DNA of 47,111 nucleotides from an uncultured Bordetella sp. (GTDB lineage Bacteria > Pseudomonadota > Gammaproteobacteria > Burkholderiales > Burkholderiaceae_C): positions 2,001 through 49,111 of the forward strand of contig CAYPDO010000002.1 in NCBI GenBank assembly GCA_964409495.1, read 5' to 3'. Made by a program: the position numbers and the translations under genes. The notes below the pieces were generated by a model. It saw only the letters and a list, made by a program, of their open reading frames with translations. It did not search any database and was not told the DNA's origin. Of this stretch, positions 18,104-25,944 are shown one piece after another. Position 1 is the stretch's first letter. Each line of letters opens with the position of its first letter.

Positions 18104-18424
18104 TCAGCTGGCGCGCACCACGATCTGGTTCTTCACCAGCTTGACGCCCTTGATGCCGCGGGCCAGGGTCTCGGCGGTGCTGCGCTCGCCGCCGCTCTTG
18201 GCGAAGCCCGACAACATGACCTCGCCGTTGAGCGTCTCGACCTTGATCGACACGGCGTCGACGGCGTTGTTCTCGACGAACTTGGCCTTCACCGCGGTGG
18301 TGATGCTGGCATCGTCGATGTACTCGCCGACCGAGGACTGTCCGCGCGTGACGGCGCAGCCCGGCAGCAGGGTGAGGGCGGCCACGGCGGTGACGATGGC
18401 GGCAAGGGCATGGCGGGTGAACAT
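18104..18424 (-). CDS. BON-domain lipoprotein (OsmY-like)
   Basis: Lipobox LPGC; [27 protein letters not shown] and GVK.VKN; GGAG RBS. Confidence 0.93.
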   Translation of the reverse strand: MFTRHALAAIVTAVAALTLLPGCAVTRGQSSVGEYIDDASITTAVKAKFVENNAVDAVSIKVETLNGEVMLSGFAKSGGERSTAETLARGIKGVKLVKNQIVVRAS

Positions 18425-18556
18425 GGCGGGATCTCCGGTGACGGTGGCCGCCGCGGGTGCGGCTGGCCGGGTGGGCATGCCAGGCGCGATGGCCGGGCCG
18501 GGGCTCGGATGCCGCGCCGCGAAGGGCTTGCGGCGTCGTGGCGCTCCGATGGCTTC

Positions 18557-18625
18557 ACTCTAGGATCGGCTGCAGCGGCCCGGCATCGGAGAACCCGACA
18601 CGGCGCTGTAGGACAGCTACCTGCA
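18557..18625 (-). promoter_or_regulatory. Phased regulator sites plus -10 for the BON-csbD unit
   Basis: TGTAGG at 18607, CATCGG at 18584, -10 TAGAGT at 18562-18557 (same CCTAGAGTG 9-mer as the DUF1328 promoter). Confidence 0.62.
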
Positions 18626-18654
18626 CCGCGAGCCCTCGCAGCAGCGACCACCCA

Positions 18655-20100
18655 CTACCACCAGCGCTCGAACAGGCGCGCCAGCGCCTCGCGCGCGCGC
18701 TGCATCAGCGGCCGCTGCGCCCACTGCGCCGCATCCACCGCGGTGGAGCGCACCAGGTCCTGCTGGAACACCTCGGCCATGGCCGCACCGAAGCGCTCGC
18801 CGAAGACCACCGCATTGACCTCGTTGTTGGCCACGAAGCTGCGCCAGTCCATGTTGCTCGAGCCCACGGTCGAGACCACGCCATCGATCACCGCGGTCTT
18901 GGCATGCAGCACCGCGTCATCGAGCTCGTAGAGCCTGGCGCCGGCCTCGAGCAGGCGCTGGTAGTGGCTGCGCCCGGCATGCAGCACCGGCGCGAAATCG
19001 CTGACCGAGGGCAGCACCAGGCGCACGTCGACGCCGCGCTGCGCGGCCTCGCACAGCGCGTCGATCATCTCCTGGCCCGGCGCAAAGTAGGCCATCGTCA
19101 GGTGCACGCTGGTGGTCGAGGTGTCGATGGCGTGCAGCAGCATCTGGTAGATGCGGCTCTCGGCCTCGCCGGGGCCTGACGGCACGATGCGCACCACATC
19201 GGCCGCGGCGGCCGGCAGCGGCCCGGGCCGTGCCAGCGCAGGCAGCGCGCCGCGGCAGCCCTGGCTGGCCCAGGTGTCGCGCATCAGGTCTTCCAGCGCC
19301 GCCACGGCCGTGCCGCGCAGGCGCACCTGGGTGTCGCGCCAGCCGCTGCGCTGGGTGTCGGCCTCGCTGCGCACGCGCACGCGGCCGAACGAGCCCGAGG
19401 CATACACCGCGCTGATGTTGATGCCGCCGGTGAATCCGGTGGCGCGGTCAACGCTGAGGATCTTGCGGTGGTCGCGGTGCGAGATGCTCCAGTAGCCGGT
19501 GTGCGGGCTGAACGGGCTCAGCGGATTGAAGGCACAGGTGGCGATGCCGGCCGCCTTCAGCGTGGCGAGAAAGTGCCGCGGCGTGCCGATCGAGCCCAGG
19601 TCATCGTAGAGCACGGCCACGCCCACGCCCTGGGCCTTCTTGCGCACCAGCAGGGCGGCCAGGCGCTGGGCGAGTGCAGCATCGTCGATGATGTAGCTTT
19701 GCAGCAGCACGCTGTGGCGGGCCTGCGCGATGGCCGCGAACATCGCCGCAAAGCTGCGTGGCCCGTCGATCAGCAGCACGGCCTCGTTGTGCGCGTGCAG
19801 ATCCACCTCGCCAAGGGCCGCCATGGCCAGCAGGTGGCGGTTCAGGTCGTTGGCACTGCCCTGGGCACCCAGCTGCCGGATCAGCGCCTCGCGCTGGGCG
19901 GCGCCCATGCGGCCGCGGCGGCCGGTCACGTCCACCGCCCCGGCCACGCTGCGCGCCGACACGCTGGCCGGCACCGCGGTGGCGGCCAGCGCGCCCTGGC
20001 CAGCGGCGATGGCACCAATGGCGCAGCCCGACAGCAGCAGATCCAGGCCCAGGGCCGTGGCCGCGCCGGCCAGGGCCCGCAGCGGCACGGCCCGGCGCAT
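18655..20100 (-). CDS. Cardiolipin synthase (ClsB-like phospholipase D family)
   Basis: Two HKD motifs (HRKILSVD, HAKTAVID), GGINI, WRDT and VGSSNMDWRS; possible lipobox LSGC. Confidence 0.92.
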   Translation of the reverse strand: MRRAVPLRALAGAATALGLDLLLSGCAIGAIAAGQGALAATAVPASVSARSVAGAVDVTGRRGRMGAAQREALIRQLGAQGSANDLNRHLLAMAALGEVDLHAHNEAVLLIDGPRSFAAMFAAIAQARHSVLLQSYIIDDAALAQRLAALLVRKKAQGVGVAVLYDDLGSIGTPRHFLATLKAAGIATCAFNPLSPFSPHTGYWSISHRDHRKILSVDRATGFTGGINISAVYASGSFGRVRVRSEADTQRSGWRDTQVRLRGTAVAALEDLMRDTWASQGCRGALPALARPGPLPAAAADVVRIVPSGPGEAESRIYQMLLHAIDTSTTSVHLTMAYFAPGQEMIDALCEAAQRGVDVRLVLPSVSDFAPVLHAGRSHYQRLLEAGARLYELDDAVLHAKTAVIDGVVSTVGSSNMDWRSFVANNEVNAVVFGERFGAAMAEVFQQDLVRSTAVDAAQWAQRPLMQRAREALARLFERWW

Positions 20101-20672
20101 CACTCTGCGAGCATGTCGGCCAGTTCGTCGGCGTGGGCCTCCTCGTCGCTCAGGATGCCTTCGAGCAGGCGGCGCGTGGTGGGGTCCTTGTCGCCCACCA
20201 GCGCGATCATCTGGCGGTAGCTTTCCACCGCCACGCGCTCGGCCACCAGGTTGGCACGCACCATGGCCTTCAGGCCGCTGGATTCGTCGTAGCCGGCATG
20301 GCTGCGCGCCAGCAGCGTGGCGGGCGAGAAATCGGGCGCGCCACCAAGCTGCACGATGCGCGCGGCCAGCAGGTCGCCATGCGCGGCCTCCTCGTTGGCA
20401 TGCACCAGGAACTCGGCGGCAATTGCCGGCGAGGCCAGCCCGTGGGCGGTGAAGTGATGGCGCTTGTAGCGCAGCACGCACACCAGCTCGGTGGCCAGCG
20501 CGTCATTGAGCAGCTTCACGATGCTGTCGCACCAGGGGCTGTGGCGCGGCGTCAGCGCCCCATCGCCGGCCTGCTGGCGTGCGGCATCCAGCGCGCCCAT
20601 GTCCAGGGCCAGGCTGTAGTCGCCGCCCTCGCGCGGGCCATGCTGGGGGTGGTGGATCTTGTGGGCGTTCAT
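20100..20672 (-). CDS. Ferritin-like (bacterioferritin/Dps-related) protein
   Basis: LNDALATELVCVLRYKRH, HANEEAAH, RIVQLGG, AERVAVESY and EEAHADEL diiron-type motifs; TGATG coupling to the cls-like gene. Confidence 0.92.
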   Translation of the reverse strand: MNAHKIHHPQHGPREGGDYSLALDMGALDAARQQAGDGALTPRHSPWCDSIVKLLNDALATELVCVLRYKRHHFTAHGLASPAIAAEFLVHANEEAAHGDLLAARIVQLGGAPDFSPATLLARSHAGYDESSGLKAMVRANLVAERVAVESYRQMIALVGDKDPTTRRLLEGILSDEEAHADELADMLAE

Positions 20673-20746
20673 GCGGATCTCCGGAAGAAGGTGGGGGCGG
20701 GCGGCATCACCGGACTCGGCAGGTGCAGCAGCCCGGCGGTGGGGGC

Positions 20747-20814
20747 AGATTAGGGGCCGGGGCCGGGCCCAGGCATCGGCGCCGGTGGCGCCGCGCTGTA
20801 GGACGGCGCCGCAC
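20747..20814 (-). promoter_or_regulatory. Internal promoter for the ferritin-cls unit, overlapping the YihY 3' end
   Basis: TGTAGG at 20797, CATCGG at 20774, -10 TAATCT at 20752-20747; spacing identical to the BON promoter. Confidence 0.6.
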
Positions 20815-21730
20815 GGCGCGAGCCGGCGTGATGGGCATAGGCCCAGGTGAACTCGGCGCCCAGCAGGAAGATCTGCGCCGAGTAGTACACCCACACCAGG
20901 ATGGCCGCCAGCGAGCCGGCCGCCCCGAAGCCCGAGACCAGCGCGCTGTTGGCCAGGTAGGCGCCGATCAGCAGCCGGCCCACGGTGAACAGCACCGCGG
21001 TGACCAACGCACCGGTCCACACGTCGGCCCAGGCGATGCGCACGCGCGGCATCAGCTTGTAGATCATCGCGAACAGCAGGGTCACGAACACGAAGTTCAG
21101 CACCAGGTTCAGCACCGCCATCACCGTGCCCAGGTGGGCCAGCCGCGCGGCCGACCAGGCCTGCAGCGCGGCGATGGCGGCGCTGGCCAGCATCGAGACC
21201 GTCATCAGGAAGCCCAGGCCAAGGATCAGCCCGAACGACAGCAGGCGCGCACGCAGCAGCAGCCACCAGGCCTGCTGCGGCGGGGCTGGCGCCCGCCAGA
21301 TGCGGTCGAGCGCGTCCTGCAGTTCGGCCAGCACGCTGGTGGCGCCCAGCAGCGTGAGCAGCAGGCCACCCAGCGCGCCGGCCCAGCCCTCGGCCGGGCG
21401 GCTGACGCTGTCAAGCAGGCGCTGCACGGCCAGCGCCGCCTCGCTGCCGACCACATCGGTGAGCTGGCGCACGATCTCGCCACGCGCCGCATCGGCGCCG
21501 AACACCAGGCCGGCCACCGAGATCGCGATCAGCAGCAGCGGCGCCATCGAGAACAGCATGTAGTACGCCAACGCCGCGCCCATGCTGGAGGCCTTGTCGT
21601 CGACCCAGCCCCGCCATGCCGCGCGCAGCAGCGGCCCGGCGTCCATGCGGCGGCCCGGCGGCTGGGGCAGGGCTGGCGTGGCACGGACACGGACACGGGC
21701 AAGGGCGGGGGCGGGGGCGGGGGCAGGCAT
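20750..21730 (-). CDS. YihY/BrkB-family membrane protein
   Basis: GAALAYYMLFSMAPLL, ELQDALDRIW, IYKLMPR and GAAGSL..ILVWVYYSAQIFLLGAEF. Start at 21730 or 21646. Confidence 0.93.
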   Translation of the reverse strand: MPAPAPAPALARVRVRATPALPQPPGRRMDAGPLLRAAWRGWVDDKASSMGAALAYYMLFSMAPLLLIAISVAGLVFGADAARGEIVRQLTDVVGSEAALAVQRLLDSVSRPAEGWAGALGGLLLTLLGATSVLAELQDALDRIWRAPAPPQQAWWLLLRARLLSFGLILGLGFLMTVSMLASAAIAALQAWSAARLAHLGTVMAVLNLVLNFVFVTLLFAMIYKLMPRVRIAWADVWTGALVTAVLFTVGRLLIGAYLANSALVSGFGAAGSLAAILVWVYYSAQIFLLGAEFTWAYAHHAGSRRAAPSYSAAPPAPMPGPGPGP

Positions 21731-21757
21731 GGTGCGGGATGGGAAGGGCCTGGCGGC

Positions 21758-21813
21758 ATTGCAGCGCCCCGCCGCGGCCTGCCCGGTGGGCCACCCGCCC
21801 GCCGGCCTGTAGG
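21758..21813 (-). promoter_or_regulatory. Phased regulator half-sites plus -10 for YihY
   Basis: TGTAGG at 21808, GGTGGG at 21785, -10-like TGCAAT at 21763-21758. Confidence 0.55.
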
Positions 21814-21993
21814 ACGGCACCGCCCGAACGCGGTCACCCGGTCGCCGGGTCATCCGGCCACGCGTGCGCCACGTTGCTCTCGAGGGGCGCGCTCAAGTTC
21901 GGCGCCGATCGGCCGATATCACTGGTCGCGCCCGTGCGCGCTCGGCCATGGCGGCTGGCGTGGCGCGCTCAACCTCAGACCGACGGAGACGAC

Positions 21994-22353
21994 ATGGACC
22001 TCGACAAGGCCTCGCAGACGCATGGCGAATGGAAGCTCAGGCTGCGCCTGGCGATCACGAAGAAGGAGTTCGTGGACGCCCAGGTGATCGGCCGCGACGA
22101 TTGCTGCGCGCTCGGCAAGTGGCTGCACGGCGAGGCCAGGCAGCGCCATGCCGGCCTGGCCGCGCTGAGCGCCTGCGTCACCCAGCATGCGGCCTTTCAC
22201 CGCGAGGCCGGCCGGGTGGCCGGCGCCATCAATGCCGGCGACTATGTCAACGCCGAGAAGATGCTCGATGCGGGCACGCCCTACAGCAAGGCGTCGAGCG
22301 CCGTGGTCACCGCGATCCTGATGCTGAAGAAGGAAGTGGCACTGCAGGCCTGA
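21994..22353 (+). CDS. Stand-alone CZB (chemoreceptor zinc-binding) domain protein
   Basis: HGEWK, CALGKWL and HAAFH supply the 3His-1Cys zinc site; GGAG RBS. Confidence 0.9.
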   Translation: MDLDKASQTHGEWKLRLRLAITKKEFVDAQVIGRDDCCALGKWLHGEARQRHAGLAALSACVTQHAAFHREAGRVAGAINAGDYVNAEKMLDAGTPYSKASSAVVTAILMLKKEVALQA

Positions 22354-22608
22354 GGCGCCGCGGCCGGCGCACCAGCCACCCGCCAGCCACCTGCACGCAG
22401 ACCGGCAGGCCTTGTGGCCGCTGACGTTGCTGCCGAAGTGCTGGCGGGCCACCTTGTGCACAAGACCACTGGCGCAGGTCACCCAGCGCATGGGCCCGGT
22501 TCCGGCGGGCGGGTGCCGGGTGCCAGCGGACACGGTGGTCGACGCATGGCGAACGCGGCGGGCTGCCCGGCGCCGTGCATGGCAGCACAGGCGCCGGCCC
22601 ACCGGGGC

Positions 22609-22884
22609 ACGAGCTTCGACGTCATCGTCGCACCCGAAGCGCGGGCCGACCGGTGGAGGCCCTGCGACCACTTGCTTCAGCGTGCCGAGTTCGCCGAAAA
22701 CCTGAACACGGCCGAGCGCGCGCTTGAGGCCATCGAGTCGGCCATGCCGGCACGGGCCAGAACACCGATCCCTTTCCGCCAGGTGGCCGGATCGCGCAGT
22801 GGCCTGGGCCGTGCGCTGGTGATTCCGTTCGGTGCTGCCGCCATGTGCCGCAGCACAAGAGCGCCTGACCCCGGAAGGTGGTGA
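22609..22884 (+). pseudogene. Decayed RelE/ParE-family toxin gene
   Basis: (T)SFDVIVAPEARAD..LLQRAE..AERALEAIESA..TP..FR..R.LVIPFG resembles ParE-type toxins. The start codon reads ACG and the C-terminal strands are missing. Confidence 0.55.
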
Positions 22885-23008
22885 TGCTGCCCGTCCGGCA
22901 TGCATTGGCGGGTGAGGCCGCTGGATCACCGGGGCGCCTGGCCGCACAGGCGCTTGCTGCAGCAACGCGCAAGCGGGCGCTGCAACACCGCGGCTCGTTC
23001 TGCCGGCT

Positions 23009-23086
23009 TCAGCGCTTCGCGCTCACTGGGGCACCTTCAGGCTGTGCCTTCCGGTATTCGCCCTTGGGGCGGCCCGGCGGGCTCAT
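23009..23086 (-). repeat. Putative REP-like intergenic element directly after the pCL stop
   Basis: ATGAGCCCGCCGGGCCGCCCCAAGGGCGAATACCGGAAGGCACAGCCTGAAGG resembles short dispersed repeats I recall from Burkholderiales genomes; single copy in this window. Confidence 0.35.
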
Positions 23087-24342
23087 ACCCAGTCGACCAA
23101 CTTGCCTTGGGCGTTGCGCGGCAGTTCGGTGCCCATGGCGAAGGCGCGCGGGCGCTCGGCAGCGCTCAGCCGGGGCGCCAGCCAGGTGTCCAGCCGCTGG
23201 ATCAGATCGGCGGTGTCGGCGCCGGGCCTGGGCACGACGAAGGCCTTGAGCCGGGTGCTGTCGTTCACGGTCATGGGCCGCACGGCGGCTTCGGCCAGAT
23301 CGGGGTGCTGCAGCAGCACGTCGCGCACCCGGGACGGGAACACGTTGGTGCCGCCCACCTGCACGGCCTGGTCCAGGCGGCCGGCCACGCTGAAACGGCG
23401 CGGGCCGTGCCAATCCAGCGCGTCCTGCAGCGCGAATCTGCGCGGCGCGGCATGGCTCGACAGGCGCAGCAGTTCGTGGGCCTGTCCGTCAGGCCGTGTC
23501 CAGTGCGCCATCAGTTCGTAGGCGGTGGCAGGGGCGTCGCGCCAGGCGATGCCCGCGGTCTCGGAGCTGCCATACACCTGCACCAGGCGCTGCAGGCCCA
23601 GCGCGGCCAGCGCCTGCGCGGTGGCGTCGGGGCATGGCGCGGTGGACGTGGTGCCCACCACCCCGGCAGGCAAGGCGCCGGCATGGCGCACCAGCAGCGC
23701 CCAGTGCATGGGGTGGCTCACCAGCAGATCCCCCGCGGCCAGGCGCCGGGGCAGGTGGTTGACGGTGACGCGGCGCACATCCTGCACAGGCAGGTGGCCC
23801 AGTTCGGCCGGCAGCAGCACGGTGAACAGGAAGCCGTAGATGTGGTGAGCCGGCACGGCGGCCAGCACGCGGTGCAGCGGCTCGCGCTGGGCGCCGATGA
23901 ACAGGCCGGCCAGGAAGCGGATCTCCTGCTGCAGATCGGCCAGGCTGTGCGTGCAGGGCTTGGGCTGGCCGCTGCTGCCCGAGGTGCGGAAGGTCAGGCG
24001 CGCGTCGAACTGCGCCAGCGCCTGCGCGGTGATCTGCAGCCAGTCGCCGAAGGTGGTGTGCGTGGTCAGCAGGTCTTCGGCGCCGCTTTCGTGCAGGTGC
24101 AGCGCCTCGCTCAGCGCGGCCGCCACCGACATGCGCTCCAGCGAGTCCAGCCCCAGGCCGTCCTCGCCCAGCGGGGTCTGCAGCGGCCAGGGGCCGGCGG
24201 GCAGGGCTGCGGCGCCCGGGCGCAGGTGGGCGGTTTCATCCACCACCAGATCGGCCACGAAGCGCACCAGCGCGCCGGGCTGCAGATGCCAGGGCTGCGC
24301 TGCGCGCGTGGCCGCAGCCGGGGGGTGTTCCAGAAGGTCCAT
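23083..24342 (-). CDS. pcl: p-Coumaroyl-CoA ligase, PYP-activation family
   Basis: Short ANL enzyme with FRTSGSSGQPK, HHIYGFLF, YGSSETAG, GRLD..VQVGG.NVFP and LPRNAQGK; N-terminal LGLDSL segment; same strand as and downstream of pyp. Confidence 0.9.
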   Translation of the reverse strand: MDLLEHPPAAATRAAQPWHLQPGALVRFVADLVVDETAHLRPGAAALPAGPWPLQTPLGEDGLGLDSLERMSVAAALSEALHLHESGAEDLLTTHTTFGDWLQITAQALAQFDARLTFRTSGSSGQPKPCTHSLADLQQEIRFLAGLFIGAQREPLHRVLAAVPAHHIYGFLFTVLLPAELGHLPVQDVRRVTVNHLPRRLAAGDLLVSHPMHWALLVRHAGALPAGVVGTTSTAPCPDATAQALAALGLQRLVQVYGSSETAGIAWRDAPATAYELMAHWTRPDGQAHELLRLSSHAAPRRFALQDALDWHGPRRFSVAGRLDQAVQVGGTNVFPSRVRDVLLQHPDLAEAAVRPMTVNDSTRLKAFVVPRPGADTADLIQRLDTWLAPRLSAAERPRAFAMGTELPRNAQGKLVDWV

Positions 24343-24482
24343 GTCGTGCTCCGCAGGGTGGGCGGCCCGGCCATGCCGGGGCTGCGTCGGCCGGAGATGG
24401 GTGCTGCAGGTGGCAGTGTGGCCTTTACAAGGTGAGCGGCATCGTGGCAAGCGATGCCGCAAACGCCCGCAAATCGCCGCGT

Positions 24483-25931
24483 TCAGGCCGGGCAGGCGCC
24501 GGTCTGCAGGCGGCTGATCTCGGCCAGATCCAGCACGCCGATCACCCGGCTCTCGGACTGGATGAAGCCGCGCAGCCGGGCGCCATTCAGGCCCTCGGGC
24601 ACGGCATGCATGGCGGCGCGGCGCGTGCCTTCGATGCCCGACACGCGCAAGGCCATGCGCTGCCCGCTGGCCGGTTGCACGATCACATAGGCGTCCTGCG
24701 GGCGCTGGGCGTTGTGGACGTTGAACATCAGCTGCCCGGCATCGGCAACAGGGATGGCTTCGCCGCTGTCGCGGGCGGTGAGCGCCCGGCCGCGCAGGCG
24801 CAGGTGGTCGGGGCTGCGCTGCTCGATCGACTCCACGGCGCTCAAGGGCACGGCCAGCCAGCCGTCGGCCGCGTCGTCGATGGAACGCACCACCAGGTAG
24901 TCATTCACCCTGCGCAGGCTGCAGCGCACCTCCAGCCGGCTGCCGCGCCCGGCGGTCTGGGTCAGGTCCAGGCGCAGGTTGTGCATGGCGTCCATCGGCT
25001 GGTTGCGCGCATACACCACGGTGCCGTCACCGTCGTCGCTGAAGCTCAGCACGACGTCGCCGCCGTCCATGCCGATCTGGATCTGCAGGGTCACGAAGGC
25101 CGCCTGCTGCGCCGCCATGCGTTCGTCGGCGCTGCGGTTCAGGGCCGTGGCCTTCAGGGCCAGCACCCAGTCCTCGCTCAGGTTCACCAGCAGGCGCGCC
25201 ACGTCGGGCGGCAGGCAGGTCTTGCGGTCGAAACCCTGCAGTCGTGGCACCACGCGCAGCGCGGAGCCGTCCAGCGCCTTCAGCAGACGCGCCTCGAGCG
25301 CACCGCCGATGTCCTCGCCGGTCAGCACCAGGGCGCGTTCGATCTCCTCGACCACCACCTCCACGGCCTTGTCCAGCTCGCGCCGGGCGTCGGGCGCCTC
25401 GAGCTGCTTCTGCACCTGGTCCATGGCCATCAGCAGGGCCTCCACCGCGCGGTTGGCACCGTCGCTGGCGCTGCTCATGCGTTCCAGCAGGCGGCCGTTC
25501 TGCTCGGCGGCGCGGTGGGCGGTCTCGAACAGGTCGGCGCCGATCTTGTCCACCAGCAGCTGGCTGTCCACGTCCAGAAACTGGTGCAGGGTCTCCAGCA
25601 GCTCGCCCAGCAGGGCGCCGGCCACCATCAGGCCAGGCGAGGCGCCGTCCTGCATGTTCTGGTACTGCATCTGCTGGTTGCAGCGGTTCCAGATCAGCTT
25701 CAGCTCCAGCCAGGCATTGGCCAGGGCCTGGGGCAGCTCGTAGATGTCGCCATCGGGGCACATGTCGCGCAGGGCCTGCGCCACGCCCTCGATGTGGGCG
25801 AGGTAGTGGTCGGCCAGGCGCCGTGGCGCGCCCGGTCCGTCGGCCCCCATGGCGGCCAGCATCGATTCCGCCTGGCGTCCCAGGACCTGGGGATCCAGTG
25901 CGGCAAGTGCGCCTGTGAGTCTCGTCGGCAT
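24483..25931 (-). CDS. CheA-derived pseudokinase: unknown N-terminal domain, coiled coil, eroded HATPase, CheW-like domain
   Basis: ERMAAQQ..VTLQIQIGMDGGDVVLSFSDDGDG matches CheA P4 (..KRLAAGK..G.L.L....GG.I.I.V.DDG.G). The C-terminus has AVPLSAVESI, IPVAD, ALRVSGIEG and GVLDL CheW/P5 features. Confidence 0.7.
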   Translation of the reverse strand: MPTRLTGALAALDPQVLGRQAESMLAAMGADGPGAPRRLADHYLAHIEGVAQALRDMCPDGDIYELPQALANAWLELKLIWNRCNQQMQYQNMQDGASPGLMVAGALLGELLETLHQFLDVDSQLLVDKIGADLFETAHRAAEQNGRLLERMSSASDGANRAVEALLMAMDQVQKQLEAPDARRELDKAVEVVVEEIERALVLTGEDIGGALEARLLKALDGSALRVVPRLQGFDRKTCLPPDVARLLVNLSEDWVLALKATALNRSADERMAAQQAAFVTLQIQIGMDGGDVVLSFSDDGDGTVVYARNQPMDAMHNLRLDLTQTAGRGSRLEVRCSLRRVNDYLVVRSIDDAADGWLAVPLSAVESIEQRSPDHLRLRGRALTARDSGEAIPVADAGQLMFNVHNAQRPQDAYVIVQPASGQRMALRVSGIEGTRRAAMHAVPEGLNGARLRGFIQSESRVIGVLDLAEISRLQTGACPA

Positions 25932-25944
25932 AGCGTGTGGCGTG

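Noticed and set aside
21680-21727. Hexamer repeats (GGACAC, GGGGGC) as a contingency locus
   Set aside because: The unit length is a multiple of three within a low-complexity N-terminus, so slippage would not switch the frame.
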